Source of the DNA: Cladosporium halotolerans
Lineage: Eukaryota
Length of the DNA: 64,000 nt
Direction of reading: 5' to 3'
Assembly: GCF_011745625.1 (NCBI RefSeq)
Contig: NW_027191474.1
Location: 62,001 to 126,000, forward strand
Shown piece by piece: positions 31,417 to 44,452 of the stretch (the stretch's first letter is position 1; each line of letters starts with the position of its first letter). Under the pieces are notes generated by a model, which had not been told where the DNA came from, searched no databases, and was given only the letters and a program-made list of their open reading frames with translations. A program made the position numbers and the translations under genes.

Positions 31417-33289
31417 TTACATGTACGCGCTGGCGATCTTCTTCGCAGCGATCTCCGCAATACCGTACACCATGGTCTGGATGTGCGCGCTGGGCTGGAC
31501 AGGGATGATGCTGGCATCAACGATCCTCAGACCCTGCACGCCGTGAACCTTAAGGTCGGCGTCGACGACACCGCCGTGCTCGAGCGAGGCCATGTGGCAG
31601 GTACCCATGGGGTGGTAGATAGACAGGGTGTTCTCGCGAGCGTACTGGAGCCAGTCGTCATCGGTCTTGACGAGATCGAAGCCAGGCTCGTACTCGGTGG
31701 TCCAGAACTTGCGGAGGGCGTCGGTCTCAGCGATGCGACGGTTGAACTTGGCCGCTTCCTTGGCGGCATGCAGGTCATAGGGCTTGGAAAGGTAGTTGGG
31801 GTCGATGACGGGCTTGCCATCGGGAGAGGAAGCATTGATGTGGACGCTGCCACGGGAGAAGGGGTGCTGGACAACGGCAATGAGAGAGAAGAAGCGAGTG
31901 GTGTCGTTGGCGGGGGAGGGGACGCCGCGGACGCCAGTGTAGCCATCGCTGAAAATGACCTCAAGCTCGGGGACGGAGGAGTTGAGGGAGGTGGTGAGGT
32001 ACTCGAGCTTCCTGGCGTCAACAGGGTTGGACGTGTTGGCGGATTCGCGGGCGAAAGAGGTCAGGCTCTGAGAAGCGTTGGCATCGAGGGCCTGCTCCCA
32101 GGTCATGTAAGAGTAACCTGAGCCAGTGTAGTCGTACCAGGACTTCTCGTTGTCGCGCCAGAGACCAAGCTGCTCAGCGGCGAAGGTGGGGTTGACACGC
32201 AGGTCGTCGAAAGAAGCATACTCCTCCTTGAGGTAGTAGGAAGACTGGATACGAATGTGATCTTGCAGGTTCTCGCCGACGCCGGGGAGAGAGTGCACAA
32301 CCTCGATGCCGGCAGCGGTGATCACCTCTTCCTGGCCAATACCAGAGAGCTCAAGGAGCTGAGGGGACTGCACGGAGCCAGCAGAGAGAATGACTTCCTG
32401 CTTAGCCTCAATGAACTCGTCACCGATGTAAACGCCGTCGGCAACAACGCCGTCGTCGTTGCTGCAAGTGCTGATCCGGGAGACAGTGGTCTCGGTCCTG
32501 ACGTGGAGGTTGGGTCCAGCGATGGAGAGGTAGGTAGGGGCGTAGGAGCGAGTGTAGTTCGAGGCACGGATGTTGCTAGGCTGGGTCATGACGCCGAGAG
32601 GGTTGCCACCGAGAGAAGCCTTGTTCTCAGGAACACCGAAGCTCTCAAGCGCCGGGATGAAGCCTTCCTGTTGCTCAGGAATGATGCGGTTGATAGCCGA
32701 GTGGATCGGTCCATCATAGCCAACACCATCGCCGTCGTAGCGAGGGTCCTTCTGGAAAGTCTCAACAGCCTCCATAGCAGCAATGAAGTTCTCCCAGTTC
32801 CAACCTTCGTTGCCCAGCTCCTCCCAGGCATCGTAGTCGGCCTTCGCGCCGCGGTCCCAGGTCATCAGGTTGAGGGCAGAGCTACCTCCGAGGACCTTAC
32901 CACGATTGATGTTGAACTTGCGGCCCTCCGCGTCCGGCTGAGCAACGCTGGTGAAGTTCCAATCCAGCGGGCCACCGAGAGTGCTGCCCTTGCGACCGGG
33001 AATGTTGATCTTCTCCTCGTCCCAAGCTGCTGGACCGGCCTCGATGACCAGGATGCATTGGTCAGGCAGCTGGGTGCTCAAGCGAGAAGCCACAGCCAGG
33101 CCAGCTGTGCCACCGCCAACGACAATCTGATAAGGTCAGCTCTGTAGCCATCATGCAGGGGCGAAAAAAGGACAGGGGGCGTACGAAGTCGTAGCTATCG
33201 CCATCCGCTGCGCATGCTTTGCGAGGCACAAGCGGGGTCGCCAGGGCGGACGCAGCGCCTGCGAGGGGAAGCAGCTGGGAGTAGCGCAT
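31417..33289 (-). CDS. Secreted GMC oxidoreductase (CAZy AA3_2; glucose dehydrogenase/aryl-alcohol oxidase-like); intron 33127-33184
   Basis: Motifs YDFIVVGGGTAG, RGKVLGGSSALN, SAGSVQSPQLLELSGIG and GVGENLQDH. Catalytic His pair in YHPMGT and AHIQ. Confidence 0.95.
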
Positions 33290-34960
33290 GGTAGCAGTAG
33301 ATGAATACTACGCTGTCCACAGCGAAGACTGTCAAAGAGTGACTTGAGGTGAAGAGGTATCCGAGGCGAGCGAAGGAAAGCTTCACGACATATATCCTGG
33401 ATGAAGTCGCGAAACGAGGTCGACAGGACGACCTTAGCCTGCACGCGGTGGGTCGGCAGCGGTCGCGGCAGGTCGGCAGTCTTCTCTCGTGTGGGCTATG
33501 CCTGCGCTAGCGACCGTGCAGACGCAGGGCTGTGGCGATTTGATGGCATTGAGACCAATGAGCGTCTGGCGCGAGGGAGCATCTGCAGAAAACCCAGCCC
33601 GGCAATTTCCCGCATGCAACCGCGTGCTCGCCACGTGCCGGTCGCGCGAGGAGATGGACAAGTCGAGTCGAAAGGCTCGGATGGGTAGATCCTGCTGCTC
33701 CGCCGCCGAGTATCGCCGGTGCTTCCATTTACTCCTCCGGCTCGAAGTTTCCGTAATTCACGACTCATGGCAACGACTTGATCGAGCAGCAGCCGCACAA
33801 AGAAAGGCTCGTGGGGGCGCGGCACGGCTAGTGTGAGCAGGCGTTGAGGCGCCGTCAGTGCAGCGCCCTTCCGTGGGGACGGCTGGATCGGGTACTCGGA
33901 AGCTCAGGTGGCAGGGAAGCAGCTTTGCTGTCTACCCTGTGGTGTACGGCACGGCATATGACAAGGGCTTCGCAAAGTGAGTGGCGTGGGCTAATGCAGC
34001 GTCCCTGGAGTGCCTGACAGCAGCAAAGGCAATTGCTTCAGGTCTTCATCCTTTTTGCAGACTTGACCTATTGCAAGCCGAGGGCAGACGCCACGCACGA
34101 CACGCACTTAGGGCTGTCTTGTGCTGCTGTCTCTGTGGGGTACGATTGCGGCACCGGGAACATCGTAGAAGATGAAGGGGCGTGGAGCATTCCTAACGAG
34201 GAGATGCGGCCGCGTCTCCGTTCCCGCGGCAGTGTCGGTGGCAGCTGAATCGCAAAATTGGGTGAGATGGTTGAAGGCTCGCATGGCGAGGGATTCGGGC
34301 ATTTGCCGATTAGCGATGTTCGCCAATCCCATTGCCGGGATCGATAGCAGGGACCCAAATCTCTTGGCCCCGCTATCGCCGCCGCTGATTCAAGGAGGCT
34401 TGCCATGGTGAAACTCTTAACTCCACCCCGAGCCGGCGGCGCCCATCTTCACCCAAGGCTCTTCCTGCAACAGGCAAGATCGTCGCGTCCCGCCCTTCGC
34501 TTGCGTTCGCGAAGCCACCTCGTCCTCGCTTTCTCTGGCACGCTTGCAAAGCCTACTGAATTTGGGCTTTCCGCGGGCAATAATCTTCGAATTACTCAAG
34601 CAGACAGAGTTTCTTCGTGGCTGTCTTACGCCTGCCGCGGATGCGTGGACCGTACCGTTTCATCCATGGGAGCACTGTAGGATGAGATGTGGGCGTCTTC
34701 AGGGCTCGACCCTCCTTCCCGATGACAGAAGGGTCTATCTGCAAGTATCCATGTAAACCCTGCCTTGCCCAGATCTGTGTTTCCTTTGCTGCCATCCATT
34801 CCCTGCCAAAACGAACATCACGACGAGACGATCATCACTGGGTGGCCGCTGCGGCACCCGTCGCACTCCTTCGAATCCTTCCTCTGGGGGCCCGGCGTCC
34901 GACCGATCTGGTGAAACGGCCTCCTCATCCGCCGTTTGCCCGGCAAAACAACCGTGAAGC

Positions 34961-36326
34961 ATGGCGCGCGAGGACGACGACGCTGGCCCAACACTGCTGG
35001 TCATTTCGATAGTGGTGCTAATCTTGGTACTATCCACCACCGTGCTGCGCGTGATCGTACGTGCAAAGCGCGCGGTACTCGGCGGCGACGACTATACCAT
35101 CGCAGCTGCCAGCCTGCTCACCGTTGGACGTGTAACGTGCCAATTCATCAGCGTCGGATATGGAAATGGCAAACACCGGGAGTTCCTGTCAGTCGACGAC
35201 TACCAGTACATCAACTTCCTGACCTGGCTCACACAGCTCTTCTTATTTCCCATCTTATGTCTGCTCAAAGTCTCGGTCTGCTTGCTGGTGCTACGGATCA
35301 AGAACACGAGGCCACTTAGATACGGACTCTGGGCCCTTATCACACTGCTGGTTATCACCACCCTCTTGCCAGAGATCGTCCTGTTGGCGGAGTGCTCCCC
35401 CGTGTCGGCGTACTGGACCAGCCAGGCCGACAAGTGCTGGAATCCCAACGTCAGGATCTATTCCATCTATCTCCAGACATGTAAGGCTCCCTGTATCAAC
35501 GAACATCATGAGCTGAATGTGAACTAACCAACGATAGCCGTCTCTGTTTTCGCCGACGTTGTCTGTACTCTACTCCCCGTCGCTGTCGTCTGGAACTTGA
35601 CCCTGTCGCTTCAGAACAAGATCGCCGTCTGTGCGCTCATGAGTTTGGGTGTAGTGTATGTGTCTCCATGCTTTCATGCAGACATTCTGGATAGCAGTGC
35701 TAACACCGCTTCTCACAGTTCAACTGCTTTCGCCTGCGTTCGTGCGTCTTCTCTTGGCCTCTCCGTGTCCGATCTGAGCTGGGTCTATTGCTGGGCAGCA
35801 ATTTGGGGAAACATCGAGCTGGGCTTCGGCATCCTCGGCGCAGTACGTCCAATCCTGTTACGGACAAGCTCAATCCTGTCGAAATTGCTGACAATGTCAA
35901 CAGAATCTCGCCCTAACTCGCACCTACTACGACTTTTTCAAGCGTGGCCTTGACAGCATCACGTCCAAAACCCGCAGCACGATGGGTAAATCTCACAGTC
36001 GCAGCGGCGGCTACGCGCTCGGCTCAATGGGAAAACCCGGTAAATCACACCCCAGCAGCGGTGCCTGGGACGGATCAAACTCCGCCAATAAGTCAAGTCA
36101 AGTCCAATGCCGCGGCCGCCAGGTGAGCAGCACGGGCAGCGAGGATACCGACGAGATCCCACTTGGCGTCGGCACATCTTCTAGCGGGATCAAGAGAGAG
36201 ATCGAATTCTCCGTCGAAGCAGACTCGCGAAGCAATTACCGGGAAGCTGGCGGTTGGGGTCCAGACTTGGAGAGAGACGCGACAAGAGAGGACGGTCCTG
36301 GTAGGGAAGCAGGCAGGATGTTTTAG
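34961..36326 (+). CDS. PTH11-like integral membrane protein (fungal rhodopsin-like domain, no CFEM); introns 35481-35537, 35656-35718, 35843-35903
   Basis: Motifs GGDDY, GNGKH, LKVSV, CSPVSAYW and WGNIEL. Seven hydrophobic segments; splicing joins the Ser-rich tail in frame. Confidence 0.9.
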
Positions 36327-38255
36327 GGGCAATCGCATTGGACAAAGGGGGGCTGGGTTCTGGACGTGATACCTTGGGGCTTTCGTTTTTACTCATCATT
36401 TCTAGCTTTTTCGCTTCGACAGCATGGGCTACAGGACTGCAACACTTTTGTCATTTGTACACGACGGATTCAGTATGCATTGATGAAGCGCATGATACAT
36501 GCTCGTTTGGAGCACAAGAATTGTAGAATACTATTCATAAAACAGTTGTACAGAAAGATTTGACACCAGCCGACGCAATTGGCCGCCGCTCGGCAAGGTG
36601 CTATAATCAAACACCTACTCCTTCTGAAGACGTCTATACCATCCTTTCGCTATGCGCTGATGATCGCCATGTGTTCTTCACGAACACAGTTGCCGTCCAC
36701 GGATGCTCCCCGATCGGAACGGCAGGGCTCATACCAGCTAGATGATAAATTAGCCGTGCCGTGCGTGCGCATCACCGGGATCGATTGATCGACAAGCGAG
36801 TCAGGTGCACACGCCCTTAGGGCGCCGCCAGGAGGCGAAGACTCCAACTTATCGCGATGCTTCGAGAAATTCCGAAGGCTCGGGACGATGGTAGTGTTCC
36901 AATATGTGTAAACGCTAAGAGTGATGACTCTTGAGCCGAACTGGCAATGAGCAAGATTCGTGTTCCTAGCAGCCGTTGGGGCATCAATAGTGTCGGCGAG
37001 GAGCGAATGTGCTCAAGTCTTTCTGTTAGGGCATTTTCGCCATGCCTCCGACGGGCTCTTGACTCCCGAGGATCTATGCTTATGCACCTAGTGCATGGTT
37101 TCCAGTCTATGAGCTTTTTGCCTAAAATGACAAGCGCGCCGGAAGAAATCACTTCATCTAGTACAGATCTAGAACGGCATTGGTCGGCCCGCAGGCTGAA
37201 GGATTGATTGAAATTGCAAATCATGTTCTTACTAAGACTTCACTTGTTTCAGGTACCTTTGCCGTTCATGCGTCGCGCGGGGGGCCCTATTGTACGTGCA
37301 GTAGGTTTGCTCTTCTTCTCACACCAGGGCTCGTCCAAATCCTCGCTTTGAACATTCGCGGCATCCTTAGCAATTTCTCCGAACATTTCGTGGCGTCGTT
37401 GCTGCACTGTACTTCCTGGTATGCTGTGCGACACTGCGTCGCAAGCCAACTAAACTTCTACTTCGACTTCCAACCCGTCTCTGGTTCCCTGCATGCTCAT
37501 GGGTCTGAAGGCCATGAGAGATGCAACGGTGATGCAGTGCCGACGGGAACTTTTGACTTACATACATTCATGTCATCACCGTGTATCACGGGAACAATGT
37601 TGACAGAGCCTAGCGCGTAGCGCATTCACGACAGGTATTTCCATCGGCAACACGTGCCGGCCGAGTCTCAAAATGACAGCATTCACATGCGAAATGGGTA
37701 TTGAAGTAAAGGCAGTTTTCACGCGGAGTAAAGGTCAATGTTAAGGTAGGCTTCGCGGCCATAAAGTTCGATAGGTATACACGCTTTCTGTTGTTCAAGC
37801 CAGCTGAAACGCCGTCGCCAATGCAATTCCGGATCCCATTCTCTTCCGGGTATCATGCAAACTTTTGGAATGTCCACATTGTAAATCATGAGGTGAGAAC
37901 TCTCGATCACCTATCAGACAGCCGTGGCAAGAAATGGCCTGCAGAGGATCGATCCGCTCCGCACAGGCAGCCACCAGGGCAGGTTGCATTCCCTGCCAGC
38001 CCATCGCCTTGTCGTGTCGATTCGTGAGCGGGGATTTTGGAGGGTGGCCGTAGGGGCTTTTGGGAACGCTCTCGCTCCGGCCTCATTTCTACAGCCGTCC
38101 TCTTTCGTGGTCTTCGTGATACCGTCTTCGGTCGAGAGATGATGCTAAAACAAAGCAAATGCACAGAAGCAAGCTCGCCGTCTCCAGGGGACCGGCCAGA
38201 CCCTTCGCGAGTTAACAGACTTCAAACGCCAATCATGCCAAGACGTGAGTCCAGC

Positions 38256-41090
38256 TCATTCGTCAATCATCGACTCGATCTTCTTCACCATGTCTTCGAT
38301 GTTGTACGGCTTGACGATGTACTCGTCGACTCCACACCTCTTCATCTCCTCCAAACACTCTTCTCCCGCATTCCCGCTGACACCTACGATCGGTACGCGC
38401 TTTTCGCGCTTCAGCTCCAGCTCCTTGGCCCTGATCTCCTTGGTCGCGGTGTTGCCGTCCATGATCGGCATTTCCTGATCCATGAGCACGACGTCGACAT
38501 CACACTGGTTCTTGGTGTCGTCGCCGATGCCGGCGGTTTTCGGATCCGCGAACGAGTCAATGACGTAGTCGACGGCCTCGCGACCGTCACTGGCGGAACT
38601 GACGATGAAGCCCTTGCTTGCGAGCTTGCGCGCGACGATCTTCTGGTTGAGGCTGTTGTCTTCAACCAAGAGGGCGTGGGGCGGTTCGTTCTTGTTGGTT
38701 CGCGTGCGAAGAGGCAGCTGGGTATGCTGCTCCGCGTCTGGAGGAGAGGGGCCAGCTCTGTCCTTTCCTTTGGTATTTGTCGATGCCGGGAGGTCTTTAT
38801 TCGAGGGAGGTGTAAGCTTCTCTCTCGGACGCAAACTTTGACCCGTGATCCCAAGTTCGCCGCCCGCCCCAGTCTGCTGGTTGGCTTCCTTCATCTTCTG
38901 CGATTCCGTGCGGGGTTTGTCGTGGTGTTTGGCTTCCGAGCGCCTTTCCTCATCCCTCACCTCACCACTCCCATGGCTCTCTTGCCTCACAGTTGCTTCT
39001 TCCTTCGCCAAGTCGTGTTTCAGGTTCTGGCTCTGTATTTCGCGTTCCTTGGACGACTGTGTCCTCTTCAGCTCTTGCTCAGTCTGCGGTCGACGCGATT
39101 CCTCTGGATCCTTGGCGCTAGACTCCTCTTTCGCATCGAGCCCGCTCATGCGAATCTGGCCACGCGCGGAAGATGTCTGCCGCTTCACCTTTTCTTCGCT
39201 CGGGCCGCCACTCTCAGGAGGATCCGAGCGCTTAACCCGGAAGAAAAACCCGAAAGTGGCACCGTCGCCTTCTTCAGACGTGACTCCGATCTCGCCTCCA
39301 TGGAGCTGGACCAGTTTGCGGCTGATGTTGAGCCCAAGGCCCGAGCCGCCATAGATCTCATTTGTTTTCGGCGTGGCTTGTTTGAAACGCTCGAAAAGCT
39401 TTTTCTGATTCTCCACGCTGATACCGATTCCAGTGTCAATGACCGCAACCATTATGTATAGTGCTTCGCCGCCACCCCATTCTGGTCTCTGAGTGGAGTC
39501 CAGTCGGGGCACTTCGCGTTCCTTGTTAAAGAACACGAGATTTGGGGGGTATGAAGTGGGGCGATCTTTCGATGCGGAAATTTTGCAAGTGATGGAGCGT
39601 GTTTTGTCTTTCCGAGAAGTGAATTTGATGGCGTTAGAGGTGAGGTTGATAAGCACTTGTCCAATACGTGAGAGGTCCGCCAAGGTCCAATCTACCCCTA
39701 CTTCCCTGTAAGCTTCGTCGGTTGTGCAATTGAAATCGATGTTGTGTTTCCGAAATTCGGGTTGGAATATCTTGAGGTTGCCACGGAGTTCGCTTTCCGG
39801 CTGGCACGGCTTTGGTGTGAGAGCTAGCATGGAGGAGTCCAGCTTCGAGTAGGACAGGACGTCGTCAACAATGTTTTTCTGGTGAGATATGCACAAATTG
39901 ATTGTGTCGAGCGATTCGGCAATGGCCACGTGATCAATCTTGCCAGTTTCTTCATGTTTCTTGAGGACGTCATTGATGTCCCCAACGCAATGGACCATTG
40001 CTGACAGTGGATTCCGGATCTCGTGGCTGATCATGTCGATGAAACGCTCCTGCTGTCTCTTTCGTTCGGTGGCTTCCTCGGCTGCTCGGCGTTGGTCGTC
40101 CTCTGCGCTCTTCTCTGAGGTGATATCCACGACGGAGCAGATAAATCCGCCGTGTTCGCCAAGGCTGACATGTCGCAGATTTTCTGTGCCGAGAGGCGTC
40201 AGGAGAAGCAGTCGCCATGGGTGCTGACTCCCCAACGCGCGGAACTCTGCTCGTAGCTCTGTTTGCGATCTGAAAGCATCTTGGTACGCATTCATCACGC
40301 GATCGTAGTCGTCCGGATGGATACTTTGCGGCCATGACTTGAACGATTGATCTTCTCCCCAGTGGGTGGTCAACTGGTAGAAGTGTTGATTGACGAAGAC
40401 AGCTCGCGCGTTGTGATCCAAGATGGCCAGCCCGGTAGGAATCATTTCGGCGAAGCGGTGGAAAAATGGATGCTCGTCCAGAGGGGTTGAGTCGTTTGCT
40501 AGGTCACATGAGTCCATCGTGCTCGTCTCGTCGGTTTGGCCCGCGGCTAGCGACGCATCCTTCGCGCCAGACTTGCGGGATCCGTCCTCGCGCCCACGAG
40601 CTTCTTTGCCACCGTTGTAGAATAGTTGACAAACAACGCCTTTGGCATTCTCGAAGTTTGGTTCGAACAACGGGCTGAGTAAAACCATGTAATCCTCGTA
40701 CTCTGGCTTTTGCTGCTCGCGCAGCAAGGCATGGCTGGGTATGCGCGTAGGCTTACCTCCGTTGATGCATTTCTGCAAGGCATGCCAGGCGTCGGGAGAA
40801 AGTGAACCGCGTTGGGGGCTGCCCTGTTCGCGTACACCTCCAGCGTCTTCCCATGCTTTGTTGTAAAGCAGGGAGAGTTCGAATCCCCAGAAGACTGCCG
40901 CTGGATAGTCGAAGTTCGATAGAGTGACGGCTAAACTTTGTAGGAAATAGCTGTCTTGCAACTTGATCGGCGAGTGTTTCCAGATCTCCGGAAGAGGATT
41001 CTTGAACGACTTCAGAGGTTCATACGAAGACAGGCGCATGCGTCCCTCCCCTACTTCCTGTTGTTCGTCGGAGGCAGTACGGGAGCCCAT
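38256..41090 (-). CDS. Hybrid two-component histidine kinase (PAS-HisKA-HATPase-receiver), group XI-like
   Basis: H-box SHEIRNPL, N-box NLTSNAIKF, DTGIG, GGSGLGLNISR, and receiver motifs LLVEDN, VLMDQEMPIMDG and KP. Confidence 0.95.
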   Translation of the reverse strand: MGSRTASDEQQEVGEGRMRLSSYEPLKSFKNPLPEIWKHSPIKLQDSYFLQSLAVTLSNFDYPAAVFWGFELSLLYNKAWEDAGGVREQGSPQRGSLSPDAWHALQKCINGGKPTRIPSHALLREQQKPEYEDYMVLLSPLFEPNFENAKGVVCQLFYNGGKEARGREDGSRKSGAKDASLAAGQTDETSTMDSCDLANDSTPLDEHPFFHRFAEMIPTGLAILDHNARAVFVNQHFYQLTTHWGEDQSFKSWPQSIHPDDYDRVMNAYQDAFRSQTELRAEFRALGSQHPWRLLLLTPLGTENLRHVSLGEHGGFICSVVDITSEKSAEDDQRRAAEEATERKRQQERFIDMISHEIRNPLSAMVHCVGDINDVLKKHEETGKIDHVAIAESLDTINLCISHQKNIVDDVLSYSKLDSSMLALTPKPCQPESELRGNLKIFQPEFRKHNIDFNCTTDEAYREVGVDWTLADLSRIGQVLINLTSNAIKFTSRKDKTRSITCKISASKDRPTSYPPNLVFFNKEREVPRLDSTQRPEWGGGEALYIMVAVIDTGIGISVENQKKLFERFKQATPKTNEIYGGSGLGLNISRKLVQLHGGEIGVTSEEGDGATFGFFFRVKRSDPPESGGPSEEKVKRQTSSARGQIRMSGLDAKEESSAKDPEESRRPQTEQELKRTQSSKEREIQSQNLKHDLAKEEATVRQESHGSGEVRDEERRSEAKHHDKPRTESQKMKEANQQTGAGGELGITGQSLRPREKLTPPSNKDLPASTNTKGKDRAGPSPPDAEQHTQLPLRTRTNKNEPPHALLVEDNSLNQKIVARKLASKGFIVSSASDGREAVDYVIDSFADPKTAGIGDDTKNQCDVDVVLMDQEMPIMDGNTATKEIRAKELELKREKRVPIVGVSGNAGEECLEEMKRCGVDEYIVKPYNIEDMVKKIESMIDE

Positions 41091-43680
41091 CGCTTAGACG
41101 GGTTGAGCGAAGTGCCGTGGTGACTGGCACGACTGAATGGGAGTTGAATCGTCCAGGAAGTTGGAGGTGACGATGGCGAACCCGCCTGAATCGCCGGTGC
41201 TTAGTGACGCAGATAAAACTCGACAGCGGCAAAACACCTCTTCAGATCGAAAAGACGCTTGCACATCGACGGATTGACGTCAGATCGTGGAGCATCAGCG
41301 CTAGCTTCGTGCCGGGCCGCGAACTTCTCGGATGCGCCGTTGGCTGGAGTAAACTCCAGGGTCGTCAGAGGGGCCGAATGCCGGTGGCCGTTCCCGAGAA
41401 TCGGACGGGCACAGGGTGTATTCATCATCATTGTGTGGAATGTCAGCAATTGCCAGAGTTGATCCGAATCTGTGCAACACCATTGTTTTCCTCAAAGAAT
41501 GCTTCGCACGTAGACGAAGGCAAACTATCTGGATAAGCTTACCATGACCCTGCACCACTCACGAGACAAGTCAGACCCTCGGGCTTGTCTTCCGGTCCAC
41601 TTCTCCACAAGTGCCCGAGTTACTCGAGTTCTGGCCTCTTCGGCGCTCCACTAGATCAACGATCCAGGAGGAGGGGGGCGCACAGGAGGGGGCCATCCCT
41701 GTCGCTACGTCAACGCGCTGCAGGAACAGTTCTTTGCGCACACCCCTCGGTTAGATGTCCTAAGATCGCATGAAGGGAAAGATAATGATCGACTGACAGA
41801 CAACCCCAAAAGATAACTTCCCCATCAGCTAAAGGTCAGTTGATTAGCATTGCCAATGTACTCAGAGCTGTCACGCTCTCACAGGCGTAGCAAGGTCCGA
41901 TTTCTCCTGCCCCTATGATGTAGGTATTTCCACACTAAAGACTGCCCTAATGGAATGCTGTCAAGATGCTCTGATTCGCTCTGCCTTATCAGGATTGCAG
42001 TCTCACAAGGTCTGAGGAGCTGAGAGCTGCCTCCCCACGCAGTAAAGCTGACATTCACCCGCGTCCTTCGTCATCATGAAGAAAGTCGCACAAGGGTCCA
42101 GCTCACCCACAAGACGATGGACACAAGCGTGACAAGGTTTCCGCCGATCTTTCGCACAGAGTCGGTATCCAGGTACAGATTATAATCGCATTGTTTTCCC
42201 AAAAGCTTTCGACTGGCACGTGCCCGGTCGATCTCAAGCCCACCTTGGTCGCGCCGGCGGTAACCCATCGCCTAGTCCTCTCGCAAATCGACAAAGCTTC
42301 GAGAAAAAGGTAGCGAAAATCCCACGGTGCACTTCAGCATCCCTTTCCATGGGCGAGGGATAGCACTTCGGGCGAACACAGTTCAAGCACACGATATCAA
42401 ATTGGAAAGCAGCCAGAAACATGTTCTGTCTGCTGTGAATGGTAAACCAGTTCTCGGGCTCGCCATAAGAACCTGGCGCGACTGCCGCTTTTCGCAACCT
42501 CCTCGGTCGTTCGCTCAGCTAGCTGTGGGCCTCCTCCAGCGCTTTCAGAACGGACTCGATCGACGGAGGGGGTTCCGCTACACCATTGCTAAATGTCAGG
42601 AGTTCCGCATTGCCCCGCCTTGTCACGGCCAAAGCGGAGCGTAAAGCAGGCAGAGTGGCTCTCAGAAAGCCCTGGGGTCTCGCGTTTGCGGAACCTTAAT
42701 GAGCGAGGTCCGGAAGAGTTGTTGGGAGAGGGACAAACTCCCACAGAAGACTGAATCTCGCGTATTGCGGAGTTCAGCTTGGTGGACCGTAGGTGGATTG
42801 ATGAGGGCGGTTTCCGTCAGGGCAGAATGGTTTCACATCAGGTATAGTCGTTGGTCAGCCGTCTCCGTGACGAGGTTTGACATGCTGACGTGGTGAAAGC
42901 GCTCACTGCTCGACCTGACAGGATGCTAGCGGCCATGGAGGGTGCCGTTCTCGTTTCCGTAGGATCGCGAAAGGTATTTAAGGCAAGCGCCAACACTTGA
43001 ATTGTTGTCTTCCAGTGGCGGTGAATCGACTGTGACACCCACTGTACAATCCGTCGTGAGCTTTCCGCAATATGCCATCTGATAGCCAATTTTGTCAAAA
43101 CAGGCCGCATCCTCTGGCCCCCGCTCTTATGCATCTTTGGTTGAGCGAGAAGGAGAAAGGGTGTCTGCATGCACGCATCCGAGCCATCCGCGTCAGTGGC
43201 GTTTTTGTGACCTGGTCGTCGCAGACTGATAGAGGTACCTGCTTTGCAGATCGGAGTTCACTTACATCTGAGCACAACCGAGGACAGCATTTCACGAGCG
43301 TCGCCTCACTCCCACCGACGAGCCGCAAGCGAAAAAAATGTCACCCGAAAGCCCCTCCCAACCCAACCTCCCATTCGCTCGCCTCGCCACCGTGATGGAC
43401 CGAAAGCGGGGCAGAGCGACTTGAGGACAACAACACGACGCATCGCGGGAGGCTCCGGTCAAACGTTCAGGGCGCGCGCGCGCGACTGCAGCTCTTCGCA
43501 AGCGTACCCCGCCACCCACACGGCGCAATTCGACGTTCGTGACGAAAAAATCACTCGGCCTCGCCTCACTCCTCACCCTCGACATCCTCATCAGCGACAT
43601 CAAACATCACAGCAGCCATCGACACCCATCTATCAACCAGAATTCACCTATCACCCCACACAAACAAACAAACCGCAGCA

Positions 43681-43969
43681 ATGGACGCCTCCACCGAGCG
43701 CCAGAACGGCACCGTCAAGTGGTTCAACGACGAGAAGGGCTATGGCTTCATCACTCCGGAGAACGGCTCCGCAGACCTCTTCGTCCACTTCCGCGCCATC
43801 GAGGTGAGCATTGATCCGATCCGTCCTCCCCATCAAACAACCCGTCACTGACCACCCTCACTCTCAACAGAAGGACGGCTTCAAGTCCCTCAAGGAGGGC
43901 GAGAGCGTCACCTTCGTTGCCGAGCAGGGCCAGAAGGGCATGCAGGCCTCCCAGGTCCGCCAGGCCTAA
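43681..43969 (+). CDS. Cold-shock domain protein, 73 aa, CspA-like; intron 43804-43870
   Basis: [73 protein letters not shown], with RNP1 and RNP2 motifs. Confidence 0.97.
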
Positions 43970-44242
43970 GCGCGTGGACGTAATGGGCGGTTAGATTGAT
44001 AGCGGTCGGCGTTGTGGCGTTGGTCGGGCAGGTAGAGAAATGAGAGGATCTCCTGCCGATTGTTCTCATGTTGTGCCACTATCTGCTTTGATCGTCATGT
44101 TAGGGGTTGTTGGTCCATTGAGACGTGATGGACTGTCTCGCTGCTAATCTAGGTTCGCCTCGCTCTGTTCTTCGGTCTCCCTGTGGGAATACACCCATTA
44201 TCTAACTCTAGCATTCAAGGTCGCAGCACCAAGGCGCACGAG

Positions 44243-44452
44243 TAACCACTCTTCACCCGTTAATTCAGCTACGCATTCGCTCTTCATCTCTCCGGCCACA
44301 TGCTCACCTTCTGTTTGCACCATTCGAGGCCGCAGCTCAACGGTGCGTGAGGAAACCACTTTACGCCAGCGGAATCAGCTACGCATTCGCTGTTTATCCC
44401 TACGGCCGCATGCTTACCTTTTGTTTGCACAATTCGATGCCGCAGCTCAACG
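44243..44452. repeat. Imperfect tandem duplication, period 110 bp
   Basis: CAGCTACGCATTCGCT...TGTTTGCAC...GCCGCAGCTCAACG occurs at 44266 and 44376, with 10 differences in 78 nt. Confidence 0.9.

Noticed and set aside
27735..36326. Possible secondary-metabolite cluster (TF, dehydratase, GMC oxidoreductase, membrane protein)
   Set aside because: No PKS, NRPS, terpene synthase or RiPP-type precursor with KR-delimited repeats in the window.
36400..38200. Short Cys-containing ORF fragments (e.g. CECCHF...CREC at 37610-37798)
   Set aside because: Possibly decayed coding DNA, but I could not recognise a family or build a consistent gene model.
38037..39461. 474-aa plus-strand ORF (and similar long antisense ORFs at 24108-25187, 12827-13822, 47849-48781, 57104-58069, 32257-33147)
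   Set aside because: All lie opposite well-supported genes with strong third-position bias, which suppresses antisense stop codons.
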